This document shows positions 27,211 through 36,601 of a stretch of DNA of 45,203 bases, piece by piece (positions within the stretch are counted from its first letter, which is position 1; each line of letters opens with the position of its first letter). Origin of the DNA: Oligoflexales bacterium. Lineage in GTDB: Bacteria; Bdellovibrionota_B; Oligoflexia; Oligoflexales; CAIYRB01. The notes below the pieces were generated by a model. The model was given only the letters and a program-made list of their open reading frames with translations, was not told the origin of the DNA and did no database searches. The translations under genes were made by a program, and so were the position numbers. The stretch covers positions 1-45,203 of the forward strand of contig JBGSUI010000203.1 of assembly GCA_041736175.1 (NCBI GenBank), given 5' to 3'.

Positions 27211-30200
27211 CTAATGGTAACGACGAGTCGCGACCAACTCCTTGGCCATAGGTCCGTCTTCGAACAAACTCTCTAAGGGCAGACCGTCCGATCCACCTGT
27301 TTTTGGAACCGGACTTTGATCTGGGGATCGAGACGGACAGGACGCCTCCTCCTGCCTGAGGGGGACCACCTCGGCGCGGTTGATCCGTGGCCCGTAGACT
27401 TTAACGACCATCAGGGAGTGGGACTCCCCCTGCCGCTGGAGCCGGCCTTTGATACAGAGAAACGCCTGGGTTTCTAACAACTCCCCATACTCACGGTAGA
27501 GGCCGGGGGTAAAGACTAGATTGATAAACCCACTTTCATCCTCCATCGTGATAAACACCATTCCATGGGCGGTCGGCGGCGACTGCCGTATCAACACCAT
27601 CCCAAAGACATGGATGATCTGGCCTGCGGCCCGCTCTAAAATCTGCGCAGCTAAGACCATGGACCTGACAGGCACCTCGTAGCACCAAAACTCCTCGGCC
27701 ATCACCCGCGCGGGATGGGGACCTAGGGTGACCGAGGTGGCGACGAAATCCTGCTGGATTTTTTCCATAGGGTTTTCCCGCACCCCCGCCCCTTCCCAGA
27801 GATGGGCCTCAGCGGCGGTCCCTTCAAGATCTGGCAAATGGGGACAAAAGGGAGCCGCCTCAGCCACCCACAGGGCCGCCCGCCGCCCGAGACCAAAATC
27901 CTCCAGCGCCCCCGCCGCCGCAAGAGCCGTTAGATCGTGGCGGTAAAGGTCAGTCGCCCGTAGAAAATGCTGGAGATCTCCAAAACGCTGGAGTGTTTGT
28001 CTGATCCGCGCCACCTCCCGACCAGCCTCCTGGCTTAAGCGACGCACCAGATGCAAGCCAAGCCGGATTCCATAAATAGGCACCTGATTTAACTCCAGCT
28101 TCTCTAAACAGCTTTCCCATTGGGAAGACTGCACACTGATGGGCAAGATCTTGACCCCTTGTCGCTGGGCCGCTTGGACCAAACTATGGGGCGCATAAAA
28201 CCCCATGGGCTGGGAGTTTAGGAGGGCCATAAAAAACACCGCAGGATAATGGCATTTCATCCAAGCAGACGCGTAGGCGATAAAGGCAAAGGACACCGCA
28301 TGGGACTCCGGAAACCCGTAGTCGGCAAATCCCTTCATCTGTCCCAAGATCCCCCGGACAAATTCCGCGTCAAGACCTTCGCGGCGCATCCCCTCCGCCA
28401 AACGGGTCAACCAAGGCCCCATATCCCCCTTCAAAGACCAGGCCCCCATATGCCGGCGGAGTTCGTTGGCCTCTCCGGGATTAAAGCCACCCACCGCCAT
28501 GGCGATCCGCATCACCTGCTCTTGGAACAGGGGAATCCCAAGGGTGCGGGCTAAAATCGGTCGTAGCCTCTCATCGGGAAACAGGACGGGATCCAGCCCA
28601 TCTCTGCGCCGCAGATAGGGGTGGATCATCCCCCCTTGGATCGGCCCAGGTCTGATGATGGCCACTTCGACCACCAGATCGTAAAAGGTCCTAGGTCTTA
28701 ACCGGGGCAGCATGGACATTTGGGCCCGGGACTCGATCTGGAAGGTGCCCACCGTATCTGCCCGCTGGATCATCGCGTAGGTGGCAGGATCCTCGTGGGG
28801 AATCCCTGCCAGGGTCACCGTCCTCCCCTCTAACTGGCTGATCGTCGCCAAACCTTTTTGGAGGGCGCTCAACATCCCGAGGGCCAAGATATCGATCTTA
28901 AAAAACCCGAGCCCCTCGATGTCTTCCTTAGACCATTGCACCACCGAGCGCCCCACCATCGTGGCCGGCTCCTGGGCCACAAGATGGTCGAGGGGTTCAT
29001 CGGCGAGCATAAACCCGCCCGAGTGGATCCCCAGGTGCCGGGGAAAACCTTTGATCTCTTCGGAGAGTTGTCCCCAGAGTTCCCAGGGAATGCCGTCGTC
29101 GTCCTGGCGAGGCTGGTTTAGAGGACTGGGAAGCTCCCCCATCACCTCTGGCTTAAGGGCATCTTGGGCGCCGCTGCGGCGGATAAAGTGGGACTCAAGC
29201 TTTTGGGACACCTGTTGCAGCTGGGACTCCGGCACGCCTAAGGCTTTTCCCACCGCCCGGATCGCCCCCTTGGTCCGAAAGGTGATCACATTGGCCACCA
29301 TGGCTGCCTTATCTCGACCGTAGCGCTGGTAGATGTACTGAATCACCTCTTCCCGCCGCTCGTGTTCAAAGTCCACATCGATATCCGGTGGGTCGCCCCG
29401 TTCGACGCTGATAAAACGCTCGAATAAAAGATCAAACTGCATAGGGTCTACCGAGGTCACCCCGAGCACAAAACACACTGCGGAATTAGCCGCGGACCCT
29501 CGCCCTTGGCAGAGAATCCCTTGACGCCGCGCCCACTGGACGATGTCCCATACGGTGAGGAAGTAGTCGGCAAAGTTTAAGGTCCGAATCAGCTCCAGCT
29601 CATGGGTCAGGAGCATGGCCACCTTCTGAGAAAGAGGTTCTCCATAGTAGGAGCGGGCATGGGACCAGACCAGGGACTCTAGAAAGCTCTGGGCCGTCCA
29701 GCCGGGAGGGATCATCTCTTTGGGATAACGATATCCCAGCTCATCTAAACTCCAGTCGATCGACTCCGCCAACTGGACCGAGGCTTGCAGAGCCTCCTCA
29801 AACATCGGCAGACCGCTATAGCGCATGGCCAGTCCTTCCAGGGACTTTAAGCAGCGCTCGCTGTTTGGAAACATATGGGGGACCGCCTGGTCGAGAGGCA
29901 GGTTGAGCCGGATGCTCTGGAGCAGATCGCTCATCACCTTGCGTTCGGGGGCATGGAAAAACACATCCTGGTCCAGAAGAAAAGGTAGTTTAAGGCTTTG
30001 TCCTAAGCTGAGGGTAGGCCGGATCCAGCGATCCTCAGCGGCGTTGAGATGCCGGCTCACCGCCAGATAGAACCGCCCGGGAAACAACTCCGCCCGGCGT
30101 CCATAGGACTCTAGTAAAGAGCGGGTGACTGCGTCCTCCCTTCGGATCAAGCCACGCATGGGCTGGATGGCCACCAGTCCCTCAAGAGACTCGCCTTGGA

Positions 30201-30648
30201 GTCGGGGTTCTTGAAATTCTTCGAGGGTCAAAAACGCCCCGGTCTTGCCCTTGTGGTGGGCGCGGCTGCCTAGGCGGCATAGGTTTTGATAGCCGCGGCG
30301 GTTTTGGGCGATCAAAACCAGAGTATCCCTTAGCAGCATCGGCCGCCCGTGGTCGGGGGCTAGATGGAGTTCCATGCCGTAAAAGAGCCTTTTACAAGGG
30401 AGCTGGCTGTCCGAGAGGCCTGCGACTGCCCCTTGCTTCCTTAAGGCTCTTAGATCAAGATGGGTCCGTGCTAAACCATAGACCCCGTCCAGGTCTGTGA
30501 TTCCCAGCCCCCTATAGCCGAGGGCCTGGGCACGGAGCAGATAGTCTTTAGGGTGGGAGGCACCCATAAGAAAGCTAAAGTTGGTATGGACTGTCCACTC
30601 GTACCAACCCCATTGTTTGATTTTGTCCAGACCGTCGTGTGTGTTCAC
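27211..30648 (-). CDS. dnaE2: Error-prone DNA polymerase DnaE2 (ImuC)
   Basis: 'TNFSFLMGASHP', 'CQGRGSAANSAVC', 'PPDIDVDFEHERREE', 'FQIESRAQMSMLPRL', 'FPESHA', 'LLNSQPMGFY' and an OB fold. GTG start at 30648 with a GGAG RBS (the ORF is open from 30693). Confidence 0.95.
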   Translation of the reverse strand: MNTHDGLDKIKQWGWYEWTVHTNFSFLMGASHPKDYLLRAQALGYRGLGITDLDGVYGLARTHLDLRALRKQGAVAGLSDSQLPCKRLFYGMELHLAPDHGRPMLLRDTLVLIAQNRRGYQNLCRLGSRAHHKGKTGAFLTLEEFQEPRLQGESLEGLVAIQPMRGLIRREDAVTRSLLESYGRRAELFPGRFYLAVSRHLNAAEDRWIRPTLSLGQSLKLPFLLDQDVFFHAPERKVMSDLLQSIRLNLPLDQAVPHMFPNSERCLKSLEGLAMRYSGLPMFEEALQASVQLAESIDWSLDELGYRYPKEMIPPGWTAQSFLESLVWSHARSYYGEPLSQKVAMLLTHELELIRTLNFADYFLTVWDIVQWARRQGILCQGRGSAANSAVCFVLGVTSVDPMQFDLLFERFISVERGDPPDIDVDFEHERREEVIQYIYQRYGRDKAAMVANVITFRTKGAIRAVGKALGVPESQLQQVSQKLESHFIRRSGAQDALKPEVMGELPSPLNQPRQDDDGIPWELWGQLSEEIKGFPRHLGIHSGGFMLADEPLDHLVAQEPATMVGRSVVQWSKEDIEGLGFFKIDILALGMLSALQKGLATISQLEGRTVTLAGIPHEDPATYAMIQRADTVGTFQIESRAQMSMLPRLRPRTFYDLVVEVAIIRPGPIQGGMIHPYLRRRDGLDPVLFPDERLRPILARTLGIPLFQEQVMRIAMAVGGFNPGEANELRRHMGAWSLKGDMGPWLTRLAEGMRREGLDAEFVRGILGQMKGFADYGFPESHAVSFAFIAYASAWMKCHYPAVFFMALLNSQPMGFYAPHSLVQAAQRQGVKILPISVQSSQWESCLEKLELNQVPIYGIRLGLHLVRRLSQEAGREVARIRQTLQRFGDLQHFLRATDLYRHDLTALAAAGALEDFGLGRRAALWVAEAAPFCPHLPDLEGTAAEAHLWEGAGVRENPMEKIQQDFVATSVTLGPHPARVMAEEFWCYEVPVRSMVLAAQILERAAGQIIHVFGMVLIRQSPPTAHGMVFITMEDESGFINLVFTPGLYREYGELLETQAFLCIKGRLQRQGESHSLMVVKVYGPRINRAEVVPLRQEEASCPSRSPDQSPVPKTGGSDGLPLESLFEDGPMAKELVATRRYH

Positions 30649-30719
30649 AGCAATAGCTCTCCATGATTTTGCATGGTATAGAGGAGAGCGCAAAAGTCAA
30701 GGGCTCTTTTTTTGTGTTC

Positions 30720-30848
30720 GTGGCTAGATGGGGACGCGTAAATATAGGTTGTCATCTACCAATATTGTGTGTCACAACCGCGGCAAAGATTCTTATGGAT
30801 CATGAACTCCCTAAGGGACCGCCTTTAACTATTAACGAAAGGATATAA
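30720..30848 (+). pseudogene. Degraded DUF6516 (TumE-like) toxin remnant
   Basis: 'KILMDHELPKGP' resembles the DUF6516 'xxDNxxxKGxH' motif and ends immediately before the wHTH partner; boundaries approximate. Confidence 0.35.
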
Positions 30849-30850
30849 GG

Positions 30851-31222
30851 ATGAAGCGATTGGTCATTTCGTTAAAGAGTCCAAGCAATGCCCTAGCTGA
30901 TTTTAAGCAGTCCTTTAAGGCCGCCAAGCATAGTAAGCTCGTCCCGAGTCGCTACGAAATTTCATTTGATAACAAGAGAGATTTTGATCGATTTGTTCGC
31001 AATATTTTTATACTATCTAATATCTTGGCATTCAAACCTAAATCAATTTATGAACTTGCTACATTGTCCGATATGGACGTATCAAACATCAACAAAATTA
31101 TCTCCTTCTTTGTAGAAGTGGGAGCCGTAAGGATTAAAGAGCAGGTGGTGCGAGGTCGCACGACAAAGATGCCGATGGTCGACTACGACAAAATTGAATT
31201 TGATCTGCGAGCGGCTTCATAA
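30851..31222 (+). CDS. HVO_A0114-like winged-HTH putative antitoxin/regulator
   Basis: 'ISFDN...KPKSIYELATLSDMDVSNINK...PMVDYDKIEFDL' is the typical pattern. Confidence 0.7.
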   Translation: MKRLVISLKSPSNALADFKQSFKAAKHSKLVPSRYEISFDNKRDFDRFVRNIFILSNILAFKPKSIYELATLSDMDVSNINKIISFFVEVGAVRIKEQVVRGRTTKMPMVDYDKIEFDLRAAS

Positions 31223-31407
31223 CTACCGGTTTAGCAAGTATCACCACAACTATTGATCCTCCACCCTTTGCCTATAGCCGCAGCGATCGGCCTCGACTGC
31301 TACTGATAGTTCCCTTGAATATTTTTGATATTAGTGCCATATAAGACAGAGCTCTTTAGAGCCACTGCTTTGACCTATAAAGTTCTCAAGAAAGTGGGCA
31401 CCTGACT

Positions 31408-31773
31408 TTGGTTTCAAATCTCTATAATTTTTCAACACTACGAACAATCTCACCTATTGAGAAACGAATATACGTATTGCCTCCTTTTCTTAAGGATCTA
31501 GTAAGCCGGGCCATTGCAGAGGTTAATCCAGCCAGTATTTATCTGTTTGGCTCTAGAGTGCGTGGAGATTTCGCCGAAACCTCTGATCTAGACATAGGCT
31601 TTAAGCTTGATGAGCACTCCAAACAATGGCCAAGTTTCGTGGCAGAGGAACACGAAAGAGCCCGCACTTTACTTTCGTTAGATTTAGTTAATTTTTCTGA
31701 TACCCACGAAAAATTGCGTGATTATATTCAGTCTCATGGAGTGATCATTTATGAACGACCAAACAAAATTTAA
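31408..31773 (+). CDS. Minimal nucleotidyltransferase (MNT) antitoxin
   Basis: 'YLFGSRVRGDFAETSDLDI' (GS-x10-DxD) and 'LDLV'; the true start may lie further downstream. Confidence 0.85.
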   Translation: MVSNLYNFSTLRTISPIEKRIYVLPPFLKDLVSRAIAEVNPASIYLFGSRVRGDFAETSDLDIGFKLDEHSKQWPSFVAEEHERARTLLSLDLVNFSDTHEKLRDYIQSHGVIIYERPNKI

Positions 31774-32152
31774 TTGGTCCCTTGAAAACCTTCTCAATGC
31801 ACAGCAAACGCTTGAAAGATTTATTGGCCTCCCGATTACAAATGATCGAGACCGTGCCGGTATCATCCAAGCTTTTGAATATACTTTTGAACTCGCTTGG
31901 AAAACCCTACAAAAATATGCCCAGGAAAATGGGATTCAAGTCAATGGGCCTAAAATGTCCCTGAAAGAAGGTCTTAAATTTGGTTTTATAAGTCTTAACG
32001 ACGAAGGCAAGTGGCTCCAAATGCTTGAAGACCGAAACTTGACCAGCCATGCTTACAAAGAAGACGTGGCAAAATGCGTTGCAGATCGCATTATGAGCGA
32101 ACATACACCCACCCTCCGAGGTTTATGCGAAAAACTACGTCCGATTTCCTAA
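31751..32152 (+). CDS. HEPN / HI0074-family nucleotidyltransferase-substrate-binding toxin
   Basis: 'IIQAFEYTFELAWK' and the RX4HXY motif 'RNLTSHAY'; overlaps the MNT gene. Confidence 0.88.
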   Translation: MNDQTKFNWSLENLLNAQQTLERFIGLPITNDRDRAGIIQAFEYTFELAWKTLQKYAQENGIQVNGPKMSLKEGLKFGFISLNDEGKWLQMLEDRNLTSHAYKEDVAKCVADRIMSEHTPTLRGLCEKLRPIS

Positions 32153-32297
32153 AAAACTAAAGTGTTTAAGCCTGACCACGGCCACACAATCGACGGCACG
32201 ATTTTTTTGGCACGAGCTGTGATCAAATCCAGGTCCTCAGTCTTTGGACCGATCTTGGTCAAAAAAGCCGTCACTTGTATCGCTTGATTATTGAAGT

Positions 32298-32325
32298 TAA
32301 AGACTTTTTGGTAACATGCCGATAT
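32298..32325 (+). promoter_or_regulatory. Sigma28-type promoter motif
   Basis: TAAA-N16-GCCGATAT. Confidence 0.5.
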
Positions 32326-32492
32326 GTAGCTGTCAGAAAATAGTGTGAGTATTTTTTGATCAATATAATTATTGTCTTGGGCGACAAATGATACGACAAA
32401 GGAACTAATGATATCATTTTTAAGGCATTGACATTTTTTTTCGATAGTATATCATCAAAAACTTGGTACCTTTTATGAGAGGGGGTCCGCCG

Positions 32493-32717
32493 ATGACAGC
32501 TTTAGTCCGCGAAATAATGCCAGCTCTCAGAGCCTTTTATAGTGCCATTTCGATTTGCCCCTTGCGAGGGAAGCGCCGAAATGCTGCGGAGCTTGCATTA
32601 GAGATATATGAAAGCAGTCAAAATCATTGGGCTGGGGTGAGCGCTCATATGATACTAAGCCAAAAAACTGCCCAGCCGGATCAGATAAAAGATGGACAAC
32701 AAGAAAAACGGAAATGA
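32493..32717 (+). CDS. Small hypothetical protein
   Basis: GAGGGGG RBS before the ATG at 32493; overlaps the start of the next gene. Confidence 0.4.
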   Translation: MTALVREIMPALRAFYSAISICPLRGKRRNAAELALEIYESSQNHWAGVSAHMILSQKTAQPDQIKDGQQEKRK

Positions 32718-33231
32718 GGATAACGCTCAAATTCTCGCCACCCACGGTGGCGGAAGCACTGCTACTGAAAAGGCATTTCAACAGTTCCTTCAGCTAAATT
32801 AAATTCACATCAAAGAATCGGACACCAACTTCATCATAAAGATGGAGTCTCAGCTACGCCAAACGAACCCTGATCTCGCCAATCGGTGGATTGAAGACAC
32901 TCTTGAAGTATCAAAGCATCGCCGAGAGGTCGAAAAAGAGATGCTTGAAGTCATCAAACATGGTCGAAAAGAAGACTTCATACTAGAAATTTTCAATTCC
33001 AGCGTGAGCTTTTTGTCCCTACTAGCAATTCTTGGTGCTGTCATCTATACTGCAATAATAGGGCAAAAAGAGGTTGCAATAGCCATATTTGCTAGTGCTT
33101 CACTTATTGTGACGGTTTTGAGGCTTGGAAAAAATTACAAGCAGGGGAAAGACCGGTACAATACAGAATCATCGCCATCAAAGGGCGGCAAAAAAACATT
33201 AAAGCAGGGTGGACAGGGCAAGTACAAGTAA
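32692..33231 (+). pseudogene. DUF2335-like membrane protein with an in-frame nonsense codon
   Basis: The ATG at 32692 is in frame with ORF 32842..33231 but interrupted by TAA at 32800-32802; 'PDLANRWIEDTLEVSKHRREVEK' is followed by two TM helices. Confidence 0.45.
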
Positions 33232-33345
33232 CTGTGTGGGTGAGAAACTAGCTGGTGAATGACCCATTCCTGAATGAAGAGGCTTGCTACAAAACAATAG
33301 TTGATGTACATGTCGACGAGAAGTCGCCGGTGAGTCGGATCCCGT

Positions 33346-35160
33346 TCAAAGTGATTTTAAATATTCCAACAGATCGGCCAACACCTCTGGCTCTTGGCCA
33401 AAATCCATCCCCCCAAAAAACACCTCAGGATCGCTGTGTCCCAGATTGCTAAGTCCCAACCGCGATGTATCGACCTGGAGTCTGGATCCAGGGACCTTCA
33501 CCCCACGCGCAGGCTCAACATCCCATTTAAAACCCAGTTGAGTTTGGTCAAAATCAAGACTCCCTAACCGAAAGACCGGAGCGCGGGAGGCTGGTACTAA
33601 AAGCTGTTTAACGGTGGGGATCGACCCATTGTGAAGATAAGGACCCCGACTCCAAATCCCCGAGAGGGGCAGCGCCTGGTACCCTGGTTTAGTCTGACGG
33701 GGCAGCAATACGTCGGAGTCAGGCGCTCCACAGATGGCTGGATCCGCTCCTTGGCAGGCAGCTCGCAAACCACCGATCAGCAATTCTCGCGCCTCTGGAG
33801 TCAGTCCGCTCGCCCGACCTGGGTCGGTACCGATGATCTCGAGCTCCAAAAATCTCTCATGATCGTGACATCCACTACAGGTTGTTTGGTAGACTCTTTT
33901 GCCTCTGGCGGCGCGGATCAGGTCGATTTTGTACGGGTACGATGGTGCCGGCAAATCCCCGAGAAAACCCGTGGTCGTTTGGCCATTGGCCAGATTCACA
34001 GCCATCGGATCGCCTGCAACTCCAAGCTCTGCACCTAGATTGCGCAGCAGTTTAATCTTAAGGCTCCCGTCCCATTGGGAGAGCTTGCGCTTATTCTGCT
34101 GCCAAACAGCCATCATGTCGGTGACAGATGGGTTTTTGGGTAGATAGCGTTCGAGTGTTTGCTGCGGGTTTTCTTCGAGACTTCCTGCAGGCAGCAACGC
34201 TAAAGTCGCAAACCCAAAGGCCTCGACCTTTCCCGGAGAGCTTTCCAGCAGCGACAGGTCACCGTGGTAGGAATACTGTCCAAGGGTTTGATTCGTCACG
34301 CGAGCTCGATCTAGGATACCCCGCTTAAACTCTTCCATCATCCCTAAACCTATCTCACCACTGTGTGCCAGAAACGTGGTCTTTTCCCATTGACCTTGGG
34401 CAGCGGATTCCGGCCCAAAGAGATCTCCTGGGGGGATTTTTTCCAGCGCCGCTCTAAACGTCCTGAAATTATAGGAAGGAGCTTGCACCGCTTGGTTTAA
34501 GATCTGTCGGTAGCGGTTGATATCAAACCGGCGATGGGGAGCTCCCACTAACTCCGTCACCTGACCATCCTGGCTACGGCCTTCTTGGACGTGACAGGCC
34601 GCACAGGTAAACGTCACCGCCCAGGGGGCCTTATCTGCCGGAGGAGCCAGGGGCGGCTGGGTCCAAGCCATGCCCAGGGGTAACTGGTCTGTGGTTTTCA
34701 TAAACTTAAGACCTACGTGGGCTTCAAAAGCCTCGTTGCCAAAAAGCTCCGGCATCACCCGTTGGAGGAGCACAAAAAGTATCGCTGGGGTCCCATTAAA
34801 AGCCACCGGTCCACGGACAAAAGCCTCATAGCCACGGGAGTTTTGCTTAAGGTAAAGTTCGAGCTGTTTTTGCCGCTCCTTGCGAACCAGCTCCCAAAGA
34901 GATCCCTCAGCGGCCATTTTCATATACACAGCCGCGCTGATCTTTCCTCCAGAAGTCTGGTAGAGCTGCTCGACTGTGAGGCCGTCAGCCAGAGCTTCGA
35001 CCTCGCTCAGTTTGACCGGGGCGCGAAAACTCGGATCCAGTCCTTCTGTGTAAACTTGCGACAGTCTATCGCGGGTCGTCGAGGGTAGTAGCCGACATCC
35101 CCCAAGGACTCCAGCAGCCAAAGTAAAAACCACCAGAGCCTGTGTTTGTATATGATTCAT
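33346..35160 (-). CDS. Di-heme cytochrome c lipoprotein (RoxA/CcP-MauG-like)
   Basis: Lipobox LGG-C; CAACH and CSGCH; 'IGTDPGRA', 'LSGIWSRGPYLHNGSIPTV', 'SNLGH' and 'LLEYLKSL'. Confidence 0.82.
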   Translation of the reverse strand: MNHIQTQALVVFTLAAGVLGGCRLLPSTTRDRLSQVYTEGLDPSFRAPVKLSEVEALADGLTVEQLYQTSGGKISAAVYMKMAAEGSLWELVRKERQKQLELYLKQNSRGYEAFVRGPVAFNGTPAILFVLLQRVMPELFGNEAFEAHVGLKFMKTTDQLPLGMAWTQPPLAPPADKAPWAVTFTCAACHVQEGRSQDGQVTELVGAPHRRFDINRYRQILNQAVQAPSYNFRTFRAALEKIPPGDLFGPESAAQGQWEKTTFLAHSGEIGLGMMEEFKRGILDRARVTNQTLGQYSYHGDLSLLESSPGKVEAFGFATLALLPAGSLEENPQQTLERYLPKNPSVTDMMAVWQQNKRKLSQWDGSLKIKLLRNLGAELGVAGDPMAVNLANGQTTTGFLGDLPAPSYPYKIDLIRAARGKRVYQTTCSGCHDHERFLELEIIGTDPGRASGLTPEARELLIGGLRAACQGADPAICGAPDSDVLLPRQTKPGYQALPLSGIWSRGPYLHNGSIPTVKQLLVPASRAPVFRLGSLDFDQTQLGFKWDVEPARGVKVPGSRLQVDTSRLGLSNLGHSDPEVFFGGMDFGQEPEVLADLLEYLKSL

Positions 35161-35280
35161 CTGTTTGCACCCCACAGCTTCGCTTTAAAAACTCCGAAGT
35201 ATTTAGATGCAAATCCCGTTCCATATCTCCTCGCTAGAGGAGGGTCTTTTACTTTAGCCCCAATCGTTTATAATATTGAT

Positions 35281-36489
35281 ATGTTGCAACCACCATCCCA
35301 TCGCTCCCTAGGCCCCGCCAACCCACTGCTATGGTCCCTAAACTGGATCATAATTGGTCTATGTCATAGTGCGAGCTTGGGTTTTTCACAAGTCAGTCTT
35401 GGAAACGAATCTCAGTATACGGACCTAAGTAGTGGTCTTAAAATAAAAACAAATCCTAAGCTAATAGATATGGAAGTCCTCCATGTCCGAAACAATCCCT
35501 CTTATTTCGTCGTCAATCGGGGCCTGAAGCACGACCTTGTCCTCGGTGACTTGGTCTGTGCCATCGTAGCCTATGATCTAGACGACGAGGATTCCGGGGG
35601 CAAAAAGCTAAAGAAGTCGAAAAAACCCAACGAAGTTTGTGGTCCCATCATATCCATCAAGCCCACCGTCGCTGGAGTCAGCGTCCAAGCTCCAGCCATC
35701 CTGCGGGTTAAAGTCGAACAAGCTGCCATAGCAGTCTACATCCCAAAAATCGACCAGGACCGCATAAAAATTCAGGTGAGATTGGGGTACCACTTTGGTG
35801 AAAAATCACCGTTTACCTATAAACTGACTAAATTTAATATCGAATCCCTGCTCCCAGCTAACCGAGATACTGAGCCGGTCTGGCTGGTAGAGTCCGAAAG
35901 AACGTCGGGTTTTGTCGCTCCTTTCCTGGGTCTAAGCCTGGCAAAACCCAGCATATGGCCTAACGGAATGCTCCTGTTTCGGCTTTTGCTCCCAACCTCA
36001 CCGACCGACTCTGTCGACGTGGACTACTCATTGACCGATCCAGAGCAACATGCAAAAACCACAGCCGCCTCTTCAGCAACCGTCTTAGAATCAACCCTTA
36101 GCTACGAGTTTACCCTCTTGCGTCATCTGTCTACGGGTCCCTTAGGAGGGCTCCAAGGGGGACTCTATCGCCTGGACTACAAGGTCCATCAGATCGACGA
36201 TAAAGACGGATCAACCAATCGTCTGCTCGACTACCAGAGCCGCTGGAGTGCTGCCAGTCTAGTCCTAGGGTGGCTGGCCCGTGGGACCTGGAAAAGTTTG
36301 CTGGCTGAAGGATCGTGGATGATGACTTACCCAGTCTGGATGGGCACCCCAAGCCAATCCTTACAAATAAATCTGCCGGAAGGATTTCCTGTCTCGGGAT
36401 CCGACCAAGAGGACTTTAAGAAAAAAGTCGACCTTAAAAAAGGATCCCTCGCCCAGCACCTCTTACTCAGCCTAGGATACCAATTTTAG
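35281..36489 (+). CDS. Hypothetical protein, probable C-terminal outer-membrane beta-barrel
   Basis: Amphipathic beta-strand patterns and C-terminal 'LSLGYQF' beta-signal; the ORF is open from 35146 and the start is uncertain. Confidence 0.55.
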   Translation: MLQPPSHRSLGPANPLLWSLNWIIIGLCHSASLGFSQVSLGNESQYTDLSSGLKIKTNPKLIDMEVLHVRNNPSYFVVNRGLKHDLVLGDLVCAIVAYDLDDEDSGGKKLKKSKKPNEVCGPIISIKPTVAGVSVQAPAILRVKVEQAAIAVYIPKIDQDRIKIQVRLGYHFGEKSPFTYKLTKFNIESLLPANRDTEPVWLVESERTSGFVAPFLGLSLAKPSIWPNGMLLFRLLLPTSPTDSVDVDYSLTDPEQHAKTTAASSATVLESTLSYEFTLLRHLSTGPLGGLQGGLYRLDYKVHQIDDKDGSTNRLLDYQSRWSAASLVLGWLARGTWKSLLAEGSWMMTYPVWMGTPSQSLQINLPEGFPVSGSDQEDFKKKVDLKKGSLAQHLLLSLGYQF

Positions 36490-36542
36490 GGGCTTTTATC
36501 GCCCTAAGTCGACGGAAGCAATCTAAATTTAAAATTATTTTG

Positions 36543-36569
36543 TAAGGATTGCCTCCCATCGGCCGATCT
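36543..36569 (+). promoter_or_regulatory. Sigma28-like promoter motif
   Basis: TAAG-N15-GCCGATCT, followed by a GAGGAGG RBS for the 36602 gene. Confidence 0.45.
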
Positions 36570-36601
36570 ACTTTCCTTGAGGAGGGGTTCCAACCGAGCC
36601 T

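Noticed and set aside
24700..33240. Intact prophage or ICE
   Set aside because: No integrase, structural, replication or conjugation genes.
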